A stretch of 64,000 bases of DNA from contig NC_058368.1 of NCBI RefSeq assembly GCF_018350175.1, positions 4,898,001 through 4,962,000 of the forward strand, given 5' to 3'. This document shows positions 25,409 to 38,970 of the stretch, piece after piece. Position numbers and translations under genes: made by a program. Each line of letters starts with the position of its first letter. Position 1 is the stretch's first letter. The notes below the pieces were generated by a model that saw only the letters and a program-made list of their open reading frames with translations, ran no database searches and was not told the DNA's origin. This DNA comes from Felis catus. Its lineage: Eukaryota.

Positions 25409-27720
25409 AAAGAAAAGAAAAGAAAAAAAGGATCACATCCTAACTCTGCTGTTCCAAGGAGGAATAAGGGGAAGACGCTGGTGCGTCCCGGGCCATTTCA
25501 TCCTCCGGCTTCGTGCCCTCCCACCTGTCACTGTCATGTACAAATTGGCAGGCTCCAGGCTGAATTCAGTGTGTTTTGCTTCACCATAAGTGTTTTAAAA
25601 CTCAGACATTTTCATACAAAAATCTGCATATTCACACTGCTCGCTCCAGATGGCCGCGGTACCCACGGCTCCCTGGCCTGCTTCATTTGTACACACTCAG
25701 TCTCCCCTTTTGTCCCCGCCTCCAAATGTGAGCGCCGTGAGAATGTGTGTCTCCATCAGGCATCTGGGTTGTTCCTTGAGCCTAGTGCCACGCATCGGGA
25801 TGGAGGAGCTGTCGTTGATGCTTCTCGGCCTGGGCACCTTGGGCAGGAGCCAAATGGAGAGGAGAGGGGAGCAGGGCTCCAGAGGAATGGCCGAGGAGGG
25901 GAGAGCAGAGGAATCAACGCGGGGAATCCTAGACTTCGCAGGGGAGGCTTTTGCGAAATGACTGCAGATCAGGGTGATTCAAACACAGATCCTTACTTAG
26001 GAGCAAGCTGTTGGGAAAGCCCTGTCGCCTTTGAGTCAAAGCCCATGCGGTCGTCTGTGGAAACGTGCCATGTTCTATCAAGGAGCTGATTTCTTAATAA
26101 GTGAATTCATCTTCTCCCGTAACATGCTCCCCTTCATTCACCATCTGTCCCTTCGAACGTGCGTTGGTGGATCCCTTCCAAGAGGTTCGCAGGTTTAGAA
26201 GCGGGATGAATGCGCGAGAAAACGCTTCACTGCCAGGAGGGCTGTTCTGTTCCCCACCCTCACCAGTGTGCCAGCGAACGTGTCCTTACCTGTCCTGTGC
26301 TGCTCAGAAGCATGAGTATTCATGACACGTGGGTGCAATACCACGGTCGACGTTTTAAGGGAATATGGCCGTGCTCTGTCTGCGTTACCAGGGAAGCCGA
26401 TTGCACCGTGACTCGCCGTTGGCCGGACCAAAGCCTCCGTATTTCCCACCTGTCAGTTGGGTTCTGGAATACAGTTGCAATAAGACAAGATTTAACAAGA
26501 TTGGTGACTCAGTTCACTGAGTTTTTGCCTAAGTTCAAAAAACAAATCCCCACGTTAACACAAGTGATTATTTCGGTCCGCTGGAGGGAATTCTGTAAGT
26601 ATATTAAATATGCCTACACCTTGCTTTTTCTACTGGGAAAATATCCAAAGGGAAAAAGTCAGAGTCAGGGTATCATTTCTGGAAGGAAGAAAACCGAACC
26701 TCCTGTATTTGGACACTTAGACTTTAACTGGGCCTTAAACTTGAAATCCTATCATTTCTCTTGGTCTCAGATTCTCCTTCTCTGTCTGCCTTTTGCGGTT
26801 CCCTCTCTCTTAAGCATATCTTTGAACTGTGTATTTGGTACCATTTATGCCACTTAGTTGCATCCTTTTAAAAAAAATTTTTTTGTAACGTTTATTCATT
26901 TTTGAGAAAGAGAAACAGAGCGCAAGGGGGGGGGGGCGGGGAGAGAGAGGAGGAGACACAGAATCCGAAGAAGCAGGCTCCAGGCTCCGAGCTGTCGGCG
27001 CAGAGCCCGACGCGGGGCTCGAACCCACCAACCGTGAGATCATGACCTGAGCTGAAGTCGGACACTTAACCGACTGAGCCCCCCAGGCGCCCCAAATCTT
27101 CATCTTCATACGCTCACTTGCACAGCACCTCCTGAGTATCTAAAAAGCTTTCGGACAGATGCTTAATCTCATGCGATCGTCTCAGAACCCTGTGAACCAG
27201 GAGCTACTATTTCCATTTCATGGGGAACCTGAGATGCAGCAAGAGAAAGAAACTTATATGGGACAAATGGCCAGTGGCAGAGCTGAGATTTAAAACTGAG
27301 CCCTCTTGGGGCACCTGGGTGACTCAGTTGGTTAAGCATCCGACTTCATCTGACTTCAGCCCAGGTCATGATCTCACAGTTCATGGGTTCGAGCCCCATG
27401 TCAGGCTCTGTGCTGACAGCTCAGAGCCTGGAGCCGGCTTCGGATTCTGTGTCTCCCTCTCTGTCTGCTCCTCCCCCACTTGCACTCTGTCTCTCAAAAA
27501 TGAATACATGTTAAAAAAATTAAAAAAAAAAAAAGCATCCAACTTCAACTCAGGTCGTGATCTCACGGTTTGTGAGTTCAAGCCCCATATCGGGCTCTGT
27601 ACTGACAACTCGGAGCCTGCTTGGGATTCCATCTCTCTCTCCCTCTCTCTCTGCCCCTTCCCCACTCTCACACACTCTCTCTTTCTCTCCAAATAAGCTT
27701 TAAAAAATAACATAAAAAAT
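23237..27720. mobile_element. Cluster of about nine CAN-SINEs in both orientations
   Basis: Copies at ~23237+, 23489-, 24205-, 24651+, 24870+, 25152+, 26865-, 27308+ and 27535+. Confidence 0.9.
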
Positions 27721-29659
27721 AAAACTAAAAATGAGATTTCCTGTGTGCTTTCTTGCATGTTAGAGTGTTTCAATGGATATAAGGACTTACCGATATATAA
27801 ATATCAAGAGATCTACACGCAGACTTCCTGGAGGTGAATCCTGGCCCTGCCATTTACCATCCAGGGAGCTTTGGACCCGTTACACAGCCTCTTTGTGCCT
27901 CCCTCTTCATCTGTAAAATGGAAGTAATAATGTCTACATCATAGAATCACCATAAGGATAAAATAAGCTAACACACGGAAAGCACGTATGAAAGTGTGGA
28001 CAGGACCCCGCACTCGCCTGTCACCGACCTAACACTGCTGGTGAAGGTTCAGCATAAAAGGCAGTATCCGCACCAGAATCGTATGATCGGGTGTCCATAG
28101 CTGAATGACCAGGAAGGAAGAAAACTCAGCAGGTTTTTTGGATATCAGTTTTCCTTAGCTCTCGTCAAAATGCCGTCCAGGCTAGAATTAGCAGAGGCCT
28201 GGGATTCAAATCTTTGAAAAGCTGGTGAGGGTGTCCTGTGAACTGCTCGTTTAAACAGCACATATAGTAGATGGAAAGAGGGTCCATTACTGCAGGCTCT
28301 TATCTCTTGCAAGGTTAAGAAGCTGTCTCTTCTAGAATCATCATTAGTCAGTGAAATAAAGGGTGACAATAGCTTACATTTCCACTTCAATCTTCTCACA
28401 CACACACAAAAAAAAAAACCACAAAAAACCAGTTTAATCTGATAAGGCAAAATGCTAACATCTTCCAAAGCTCCCATTACACAATTCAAAGAGAGTTTAG
28501 GAGTTTTCTTTATTTCTCTTAAATTATTCATAACATAAATCTTTGAAATATTTAAACTCCTTTCTCCAGTAGTCAAAGGAGAATGCTGATGGAAAGCTCT
28601 CTGTGCATGCCCAAAAGGGACAGATCGATGCTTGCCGATGGGGGAGGGGGCAGGGGGAGTGGCACCGCAGCCTGGAGCGGGAATGGCCTCCCCATAGAAC
28701 CTTCAAAGGCTTTCATTCTGCACGCTCTTGCTTTCTGGGACTGGGAATGCCTTCCTTTTGAGATCCAGGTTTTACCAAATGGGATTTACTTTTTCTAACG
28801 TTGTTCTCAAGGAAGAGCCTTTAACAAAACACAAGCAAAACGTGCGAAGAAGTGGGACCGTCCTCCTACAGCAAATGAAAAGTCGCTCATTAGCAAAACA
28901 CCGGGGTGCTACCATCCAGACGCCAGTGCAGCTGGCACCAATTCTGAGAGGAGAATGATTCATTACCATGGTTACTGATGCCCGAAATATTACCTTCTGC
29001 AATCAGCACACACAAAGATCCTTTAAAGAGAGTGTAAAAATTAGAGCACTGTAAACAATTAGTGAAAATTGCCAGCGGGCACGGAGGCTGAACTTACACA
29101 ATGCTGCTTTCAGGGCCGAAAACCAGAGGGGACCACGGCGGCACCAGCAAATCTTGCTCAAGGCAAAAAAAGACACTCCTGTTCAGGGAGCCAGCTGCAG
29201 GCCTCGCCCACAAACATTTCTGTACAAATCTGTTATCAGTCACCAGGACGGGTTAGGAACAGACCTATCTAGTTGGTAATATTTGTACGATCAGATTCTA
29301 GTTCATTAGACACATAATTTCATTTTTTCAAAATTTTTTTCACGTTTATTCACTTTTGAGAGACAGAGCACGAGCAGGGGAGGGGCAGAGAGAGAGGGAG
29401 ACACAGAATCCGAAGCAGGCTCCCGGCTCTGAGCTGTCAGCCCAGAGCCCGACGTGGGGCTCGAACCCACAAACCACGAGATCATGACCTGAGTGGAAGT
29501 CAGAGGCTCAGCCGACTGAGCCACTCAGGCGCCCCTAAACACATAGCTTTTTAAAGCTTTTTTTAAAAAAAAATTAATAAACCTTATTTAAAATTTTTTT
29601 TAATTTTTTAAGTGTTTATTTTTGAGACAGAGTCAATTTTTGAGAGACAGCGCCCCAAT

Positions 29660-30390
29660 AAACCTCATTTTTAACACCAGTTTTAAGTTCCCAACAAAAT
29701 TGAGCAGAAAGCACAGAGATTTCCTCCCCCCACATTTGTACAGCTATCAACATCCCCTGCCAGAGTGCTACATGTGTTGTAATTGATGCACCTATAAAAA
29801 CTGATGAACTTACACTCACACATCATTATCACCCAAAGTCCATGGTTCACATTAGTGTTCACTCTCGGTGTTGCACGTTCTACGGTTTGGGGCAAATGTA
29901 TAATGACACGTATGCACCATGATAGCACCCTGTGAGTATTTTCACTTCCCTAAAATCATGTGTGCTCTGCCTGTTCATCCCTCCCCACCCCCACTCTCCC
30001 ACCCCTGGCAATCACTGATCTTTTCACTGTCTCCACAGTTTTGTCTCTTTCAGCATCTCATATAGTTGTAATCATACAGCATGTAGCCTTTTCGGATCGG
30101 CTTCTTTCACTTAGTGATAGGCACTTAAGTTTCCTCCGTGTCTTTTCATGGCTCGATAGTCCATTCACCTCCTGAAGGACGTTTTAGTGGCTTCCGAGTT
30201 TTGGCAACTCTGCATAAGGCTGCCATAACAACCGTGCGCAAGGTTTTTGTGTGGACAGAAGTTTTTGACTCCTTTAGGTAAAAACCAAGGAGTGTGACTA
30301 CTGGATCGTACGGTAAGAGTATGTTTAGTTTTGTAAGAAACTTCCAAAGTGGCTGCACCATCTGTACTCCCATCAGCAATGAGTGAGAGG
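29660..30390 (-). mobile_element. Old LINE-1 3' end
   Basis: VQPLWKFLTKLNILLPYDPVVTLLG plus L1M-type 3' UTR. Confidence 0.8.
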
Positions 30391-33300
30391 CCCTCAAGGT
30401 CGGTGTTTGCAAAGCATCTTGGAAAATGCTCTGTGTCCTAACATTAATATTACAGTCCAGTGCTGTTGCTTCTTAGTAATAAGATAGGGATGCGAAAGTG
30501 GGAGGAAAGGAAGCGTGGTTGTTAAATGGCAGAAGTTTGCCTTTCAAACTGCAGTGGACTCTCTTCCAAGTCTTTAAATAGGAAACTAGATTAACTTCCA
30601 TAAAAAAAGCTTTCACTGAGTGGATGAGTCATTCCCGTACATATCTTCTTCTATTTAAAGAATGTCAACACCTTGAGGCAATCTGTGCTTTCCCAAAATC
30701 TGGTCCAAACTCAGCAAATCCCAAAGCCCCACCCTGCTCTGCTGAAAATGGCGGCAGTAAAAACTCGGTCATTCAAATCTCTGATTTACTGAAATGTACC
30801 TTCCACCGTGTAATTTCTTCACAAAGAGGTGGCTAAATCAATTGGTAGTATAAACAAGATAATAACCTATAAGGAGCAGGCACTTTTGCATTTTGCAATG
30901 TAATTTGCAAAGTCAGTTAAAACGTTGATGTTTGGGGCACCTGGGTGGTTCAGTTGGTTGGGCGTCTGACTTCAGCTCAGGTCATGATCCCACAATCCAT
31001 GAATTCGAGCCCCGTGTCGGGCTCTGTGCTGACAGCTCCGAGCCTGGAGCCTGCTTCTGATTCTGTGTCTCCCTCTCTCTCTGTCCCTCCCCCCTCTTGT
31101 GCTCTCTCTCGAAGTAAACATTAAAAAAATTAAAATAAAAAACATTGATGTTTATCATCTATTCTTTAAAGAACAGTGATTCATCAGTGCTTTATTAGTC
31201 ACCAGTATGGTCTCAAGTGGATGAGATTTGATAAATACATGCATATATGCATTCTGTATATACATATACAGAAATACAGATAGAGATATAATGTGATTGC
31301 CACATGAGCAAGGTTTTTTGTTTTTTGCTTTTTTTTTTTTTGTTTATATTGTCCATTGTTTTATCCCATATTGTCCATTGTTTTATCCCAAGCACCTGGA
31401 AAAGTTGTAGCACATAGAAGACCATATACAAATGTTTATACGTATTTGTATATGGTCTTCTATTATCTACATTGCCTTCAAATACACACGCATGTTGGCA
31501 TACATGAATGAATGAATGTGAAGGCTCTCTCTCCTCTTTTGAATTCAAAGAGTTGTTGACAGATTTTTGTGAGTTTTCTTTTTCTGAGTGCATGAGCTCT
31601 GTAAGGCTCCATGAAGGCTGGAACAGGGTCTCATAGTTCTGTGTATTTTTAGTCTCATCAGATTCTTGCTCTCAGCTTCGCCAATTTCTTTCTGGTCCAC
31701 TGGGTCCTGGCCTGGCCCTGTGGGCTCCTTCTGCCTCACCCCGGATCTTGTGTCTCCAAACCCAGTTGGAAAGGGCCCTGGTTTCTTCTTTGCTTCTCTT
31801 CGATGTGCTTCTTTTAACCTCCAAAGAGTAACTAAAGGTGATATAACTAGCTTTTCCACAGTGCCAGTGGTTGATGTGCAATTATATGCAACTAACAGCT
31901 GACAGGGAACAAGGTCAGCTGTTAGGAAATATCCGTTGTACGCCAAGGCATGGTCAATGAAAGCAAACTGGCCAAAAGGCTGGGAACTGGCGAAATCGAT
32001 GGGCTTATCCTTATGTAGCTCCCCAAACCGATTTCACCTGAGGGGACTGATCTAGCTGTCCCTACCCCTGATTTTTTTCTCTTTAGAAGAATTACGTAGG
32101 TACCTGAGATTCACGGGGCATGAGTTCAGTCGTGTGTCTGCCGGGACTTCAGGGCAGAGGCGTTAAGGACAGGTGTAAGAATTACAAGAAACTTCACCGA
32201 TACAGGCTGATGGGGGCCTGCCCCGTTTCCCACAAAGTGAGGCTGGGGCTTGGCAGGTGTGGAGCTCCTGTAGGGACCCTCGTGTCGGTGCCTCAGTATC
32301 CAGGACACCTCTGCCTAGGGAAGAAATCGAAGAACAAAGGAAATTTCCAGTCCTACTCTTCTTCCTCAGCATGATGGCGTAGACAAGGGCGCCGGCTTGC
32401 AGCCCATCCCAGATGGATTAACATCTCTGCTCGCTACTTACCACTGCATCATTTCAGGAAAGTTGCGTAACCTCTGAGCTTGAGTTCCTGTAACTGTTAA
32501 ATGACAAAAGTAATCGCCTGCCTCATAAGGTTGTGACAAGGATCGGCTGCCAGTGAGTATAGTGCGTGGGGTCCACCGGAAGCCCCTGGTGATTCTGTCT
32601 CAACTATTCTCCTGATGTGTTCTAACATGCTCTCCTATAAGATGTTACCGTCGTAACAGCGACTGGATGGACCGGCCCCGCGTGGGCTGCCTCCGTTCAC
32701 TCCTCTTACCCACCCTGAGCGGTCTAGACCTTAGCACTCTGACCCGTCTCCGGTGGCTGACCCGACTCCACGATGCAATAATGTGAAACATACATATTTC
32801 ATTAGAGATTTTATGAGGATTCAGTGCAGACGTCTCAGCACCCAACGCACAGCAGAAACAGTAGAATTTCCCCATTAAACACCCCAGTTCTTTCTTCGAA
32901 AGCTTCCCTGGACTGTAATCAACCTCACCTCTTCTCTTGAAACACAGATTCTAAAGACTTTGTCTGATGCCGGGAGCGAGCCAACCCCACCCTCGGCTTT
33001 ATGCCCCACATCTCCCAACACGGGGCTGCGGTCGGCAAATCCCTGCCTGGCCCAGCGGCTGGTGTGGTTCCGGAGCCCCACAACTGTGGCCTAGTCACGT
33101 CTCTCTCCTCCTCTCTCCTGTCCTCCGGGAAGGAAGAAACACAAGGCAAACCTAGTGTGAGAAATGACATTCATTCGCAGTGTTTCTGGGGCTGCTCAAG
33201 TTTGCATGGCCAAGGGGTTCAGGGCTGCCCACGTCGGCCCCTGATTCTAAAGCCTTAACTTTCCGCTCTCTATGTTTCCCTTGGGCTTCGAGCAGACAAC

Positions 33301-33933
33301 TGGTTTTTCTGTCCCATCCTGCTCTGGTGCATTTTAAGGAGAATATTGGAGATGTCCAAATCGACTCCCTCCATCAGTCATGACGTGAAGTGAACCAGAG
33401 TTCGAGGCCCTTGACTTCCTAAGAGTAATTGAACAAAAGGGATAGTTTCTCGGCAGACCAGACCCTCTCTCCCTTTCAGCCTCCTCCCCGGCGGGACTGG
33501 ATGACACCTGATACCCTTCTGTGTGGTGGTAGGAGGTACGCTGTAAGCTTTACCATCCTTACTGCTCAGAGTTTGAATCTTGAGTTCCCCAACTTGCCAC
33601 GGGGCACGTTAACTTAACCTCTGTGAGTCTCAGTCTCCCTACCTGTAGAACATGGATAGGATTACCTTCCTCAGAGGTTTATGGGTAAGATCCAATGCCT
33701 GGAACAGCACACATTCCCCACAGAGTGGCTATTGGTTCCTGATCTGGGCAGAGCTGGATTTGGGGATCCTGTGCCCATCCGACTGGCTTTGCGATGAGGG
33801 TCAGGTGGAGAGGTCGGCATGCCTTCCCCAGAGGCTGGCTCCGCCAGCACTGGGGCACATTCCTTTCTGCCTGGCTGGACATGGGATTTCATCCTTCACA
33901 CCCTTTGCTTTCCTCAGATAAGGAAGAACGGGC

Positions 33934-34155
33934 CAGTGGTTCTCAACTAGGGCAACCGTATTAAGTCCCGCACCCCTCACCCTCTGGAGGCATTTTTGGC
34001 TGTCTCAGCTGGGAGGGGGTGGGGTTACCCCCTGCACCTGGTGGCGGGTGAGACCAGGGATGACGCTAAGTATCACACAACGAACAACAGGACAGCCCCC
34101 ACAACAAGGAATTAGCCAACCCAAAATGTTGATCGCGCCGAGGTGGAAAACCCTG
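33934..34155. mobile_element. MER20-like hAT DNA transposon fossil
   Basis: CAGTGGTTCTCAAC...GTGGAAAACCCTG termini and internal AGGACAGCCCCCACAACAA. Confidence 0.7.
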
Positions 34156-34313
34156 GAAACAGACCCCGTGTCCAGAATGTATGCGCTCACAGATAAAATG
34201 CCATTCTTTATGGGGGGGGGGGGGAGCTGTTGGAGGCAACTACGTACAAAGTATGCTCGTGGACAAATTCTCTGAAAAGAAAAACAAGAATTACCACCGG
34301 GAGGGGATGATAT

Positions 34314-34837
34314 TGTTAGGAGCCAAGCTCCTAGGCCCTATGGAATGAGAGTTGGCGCAAAGAACCACACGGCACTCCGACGTCGGCAGAGAGTCTTTAC
34401 TGGTGCACCAGGGCTCCCCAGTGTTGGAAAGCGGGAGAGCCCCGATAAACGGGGTCACAGGTCTTTTATGCTATTTTGAGTCTTATTTGCATACAGGCTG
34501 GTGGTAGGCTCTCTGCTCGGTGATGGTTAGGGTTGTGGGTAGTTTCGTCCCGGGGAAGCTTGGGAAATGAAGTTTCTTTTGGCTGATGCAACTTGGAGCC
34601 CGGGCTGCGAAGCGGCTAGGGACCTTTCGGTTAGGGTTGGGCGCGTAAGCAAGATTACAGAAGCGAGAGGAAAGCGGTTATCTATGTAGCAGCCTGTACA
34701 GCTCCCCCGGTGTCCAGATGTCTAACCGCAGAAATCCTGTTTGTTAACTATTGGGAGTACAGGCTCTGCGAGTGAGGCGTTTACAAAGTTGAAGGTAGGG
34801 TGGGGGTGTTTTAGTAAGCTAGACCAGGGGTCTCTCA
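34314..34837 (-). repeat. 3' LTR (524 bp)
   Basis: Preceded on the minus strand by the PPT; starts TGAGAGACCCC and ends CCTAACA. Confidence 0.97.
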
Positions 34838-34854
34838 TTCCCCCATTTTCTTTT
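34838..34854 (-). promoter_or_regulatory. Polypurine tract
   Basis: AAAAGAAAATGGGGGAA directly abutting the 3' LTR. Confidence 0.9.
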
Positions 34855-34872
34855 GGCATCGAATGAAACCTT

Positions 34873-35365
34873 TCATTCAATTGTATCTGGCCTTTCTGCA
34901 TCAAATTGTCTTAGTTGGTGGTACTGTTGGGTTAGAACCAAGGCCTGGATGACAGAGAGTCTTTCTCTTATGAACTGTACCAAGTGGTTAAGGATGCGGG
35001 GTCCGAACATCAGTATTAATAGTAGGAGTATTAAGGGGCCCATGAGGGAGGAGACTAAAGTGGTAAACCAGGGGGATTTGTTATACTACCCCTCAAACCA
35101 GCCTTGCTGAGATTCGAACAGCTTTTGCCTTTGTTTGAGTCTCTCCCTCAGCTTGGCCATGCTATCCCTTATTATCCCTGTGTGATCAGCATAGAAGCAG
35201 CACTCTTCTTTGAGGGCAGCACATAACCCGCCTTCTTGTAAGATCAACAGGTCAAGTCAAGGTGTAAACCTGATGTGGGTTTCCCTCTTTGACAATTTTA
35301 GCTCCAATTCCCGCCCCCAAGCTTGTGAGGACCCACAGAAAGACCATTCCCGCTGGGGGTTTCAT
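34873..35365 (-). pseudogene. env: env remnant (signal peptide joined out of frame to the TM C-terminal part)
   Basis: ATG at 35365 gives [37 protein letters not shown] (stop 35252-35254). Another frame gives [26 protein letters not shown]...[15 protein letters not shown]...[18 protein letters not shown] with the CX6CC motif and membrane anchor. Confidence 0.93.
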
Positions 35366-35399
35366 TTTGGGTTCGTGCAGGGACAGGGTGGATTAGCAG

Positions 35400-38300
35400 T
35401 CAGACACGGGAGAGTCTTATCTTAAGAGGGTTCTCCGAACGGTGGAGCTTCCAGGTTTTGGGAGTTTCTGGTCCAGGGGTTTTTGGGGCTGCTTTGGCGT
35501 GCGATGCGTGAATCCAGGCGGCAATCCCGTCAACCTTTATGGCGGTGGGCGTGGTCAGCAGGACGATGTAAGGTCCCTTCCAACGAGGCTCCAATCCTTG
35601 AGAGCGGTGCCGCCGGACGTACACGGAGTCTCCTACCTGAAATGGGTGGCTAGTTTGTGGATGTCCTGGCCGATACAGTTCGGCCAGGGGTGTCCAGATT
35701 TGGGCCTGCACCGCTTGCAGCCCTTTTAGTCGGGCTTGTAAATCAGTCTTAGGATCGGAGGGGGAGAAGGAATTGAGCAAGGTTGACAAAGGGGGGGGTC
35801 CCCCATAAAGGATTTCATATGGGGTGAGCCCGAAACGGTTGGGTGTATTTCTGGCTCTTAACAAGGCCAGAGATAGGAGGCGTCTCCAATCTTTTAAGCC
35901 AGTCTCTAAGGTCAATTTAGTAAGGGTCTCTTTTATTGTTCTATTCATTCTTTTTACCTGTCCTGAGCTCTGGGGCCTATATGCACAGTGTAATTTCCAA
36001 TTAATCCCCAGTGTCCTGGCGAGCCCCTGACTTACCTGGGAAACGAAGGCCGGCCCGTTATCTGACCCGATTACCTTGGGAAGTCCAAATCTGGGGAAGA
36101 TTTCTTCTAAAATCTTCTTGGCTACCACGTGTGCCGTTTCTTGTCGGGTGGGGTAGGCTTCTACCCATCCTGAAAAGGTGTCTACAAACACTAATAGGTA
36201 CTTATACCCCGCATGGTGAGGCTTTACTTCAGTAAAGTCTATTTCCCAATAGACTCCTGGGCGGTTACCACGAGTCCGTTTTCCTTCCGGCACTCGGGTA
36301 GCCCCAGCGTTTACCTGTTGACAGACCTTACAGGCGGAGGTTACCTGTTCTATGAGGGTGCCTGCCTTAGGGATTAAGAAGTCAGTTTTTTTAATCAGTA
36401 ACTTCAGCTTCTGATTACTTAAATGTGTCCAGGCGTGCATTTGTTGGATCATTGCCAGGGCTTCCTTTCGGGGAAGGACTATCTTTCCTTCTTTTTCCCA
36501 GTCTTTAGTGTCCTGATTCAGTATAGCCCCTATGGCCTTTGCCTCTTCCTGGTCTTCTGGGGTGTAAGCATATTTGTTGGTCGTAAGATTGGTTTCTTCA
36601 AGTTTTGTGGTCAAAGTCAACGTTTCTGCCACAGCGACTTGCCTGGCTACTTGGTCTGCCTGTCTATTTCCTGTTGCAATTGGGTCTTGTCCTTTCTGAT
36701 GCCCGGGGCAATGAATTATGGCTACTTTTCGGGGAAGAAAAAGGGCCTTTAATAATGCAATGATTTCAGCTTTGTTTTTAATTTCTTTTCCTTCTGAGGT
36801 TAGTAGGCCCCTTCTTTCATAAATACTCCCATGTGTATGAGCCGTTGCAAAGGCATATCGGCTATCTGTGTATATGTTAGCCTTTTTCCCTTCGGATAAT
36901 TCTAGGGCCTTGGTGAGCGCTATCAGCTCGGCCTTTTGTGCAGACGTGCCAGGAGGTAGTGATTGTGCCCATATGATGTGGTGGCCATCTACTACCGCCG
37001 CTCCCGCCCTCCGGGTACCTGAGTCGATGTAACTGCTCCCGTCCGTATACCAAGAGTGATCCGCATCTGGGAGCTCTTGATCTTTAAGATCTTCCCGTGT
37101 CCCATGGGTCTCAGCCAGTACTTGCCGGCAATCGTGTGCGCTCTGTTGGTCTTCCGGTGCCGGTAGCAACGTGGCAGGGTTCAAGGTAACCGGAGGTCCA
37201 AATTGGATGCGGTCTGTGTCCAGTAGGAGGGCCTGGTAGTGAGTTAGGCGTGCGTTGGTTATCCATCGGTCCGGTGGCTGCCGCACTACGGCCTCTAAAG
37301 CATGCGGGGTGATAACAGTTAGTGGCTGTCCAAGGGTTAATTTGGCAGAGTCCTTGACCAGCATAGCAGTGGCTGCCATGATACGAAGACATGGGGGCCA
37401 CCCCGCTGCCACAGGGTCCAACTTTTTGGACAGGTATGCTACTGGTCTCTTCCAGGGCCCTAGTTTTTGGGTTAGAACTCCTTTGGCAATTCCTTGTTTC
37501 TCGTCTATGAAGAGGGTAAAGGGCTTGGAGGTGTCTGGCAACCCGAGAGCCGGGGCGGAAAGGAGGGCCTCTTTTAGGGCCTCAAAGGCTGACTGATGTT
37601 TTTCCTGCCAGGTGAAGGGTGCACTCTCTTTCGTGAGGGCATAGAGGGGGGCGGCTAGCTCAGCGAACCCAGGTATCCATAAGCGACAGAACCCAGCAGT
37701 TCCCAGGAATTCACGTACCTCTCTGGGGTTCTGGGGCGGCGGAATGCGAGCCACAGTTTCTATTCGCCCAGGGGTGAGCCATCTTTTCCCCTCACTCAGT
37801 ATGTACCCCAGGTAGGTTACCTTGGTTTGGCAAATCTGGGCCTTCTTGGCGGATGCCCGTTATCCTTTTTCTCCTAATTCCCGGAGCAGATGTCTGGTAC
37901 CTAGTATGCAGGCTTCTTTTGTGGGGGCGGCCAGAAGAAGGTCATCCACATATTGGAGTAGAGTTACTTCTGGATGTTGAGTCCGGAAGTCAGTTAGGTC
38001 CCTGTGAAGAGCCTCATCAAAGAGAGTGGGGGAGTTTTTAAACCCTTGGGGTAAGCGGGTCCAGGTTAATTGGCCTGAGATTCCTCTTTTAGGGTCCCTC
38101 CATTCGAAAGCAAACAGTTCCTGGCTCTGGGGGGCCAAGGGTAAGCAAAAGAATGCATCTTTTAGGTCCAGTACTGTGTACCAGGTACGGTCTGGGCTCA
38201 GGGTGCTGAGCAAGTTATAGGGATTGGGGACCGTAGGATGGATATCCATAGTCCTTTTGTTGACCTCCCTTAAGTCTTGGACAGGCCTGTAGTCCCGAGT

Positions 38301-38970
38301 ACCAGGTTTTTTCACTGGTAAGAGAGGGGTATTCCAAGGTGAGCGGCAAGGTCGCAGGACCCCAAGCTCTAGAAATCTGGTAATGTGTGGCTGAATGCCC
38401 ATATGAGCCTCCTTGCTCATGGGATACTGCCTGATAGATACAGGCATTGCCGTGGGCTTTAGGTCAATTATGATTGGGGCCTGGCATTTGGCTCGACCAA
38501 GCCCTCCCGTTTCGGCCCAGGCCTGGGGAAAGTCCTGCAGCCAGGCTTCGAGGAGGTTAGTGGTGACCGGGGTTTCAAAAAGTCTGTGTTCGTCTTGTAA
38601 GGACACAGTTAAGACTTGGATAGGCTGGCCATCCCGGTTTAGCACTTGGGCCCCCGCTTTGGAGAAGTGGATCTGAACTCCAAGCTTGGTTAGGAGGTCT
38701 CGTCCTAAAAGGGGGTATGGGCATTCGGGTACTACCAGAAAAGAGTGTGTCACTGTCCCTTGCCCTAAATCAACCGTACGGTAGTTAGTCCATTTGTGAA
38801 TTTTTCTTCCTGTCGCTCCTTGAACCCAAGAGGTACGAGAGGACAGAGGCCCGTTTGCCTTGGTTAGGACCGAGTGCTGAGCTCCTGTGTCCACCAGGAA
38901 GGTGGTGGGATGCCCCCCTACAGATAAAGTTAGCCGGGGCTCGGGGGGGGGCTCCAGAGCCCTGACGTCC
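35400..38970 (-). pseudogene. pol: pro-pol (PR, RT, RNase H, IN), disrupted
   Basis: [30 protein letters not shown] and WEIDF/SDNGPAF motifs. +1 frameshift in a C9 run (38943-38951), in-frame TAA at 37860-37862, and QVKRMN in place of QVERMN. Confidence 0.96.

Noticed and set aside
25481..26857. 202-aa and 215-aa ORFs
   Set aside because: No recognisable motif or coding-like composition; most likely chance ORFs.
35252..35365. Refrex-1-like soluble Env restriction factor
   Set aside because: Only the signal peptide and a few SU residues remain; there is no receptor-binding domain.
35400..37754. 784-aa ORF as a functional gene
   Set aside because: It is the part of pol after an in-frame TAA, starts at a non-ATG codon and has a mutated IN catalytic residue.
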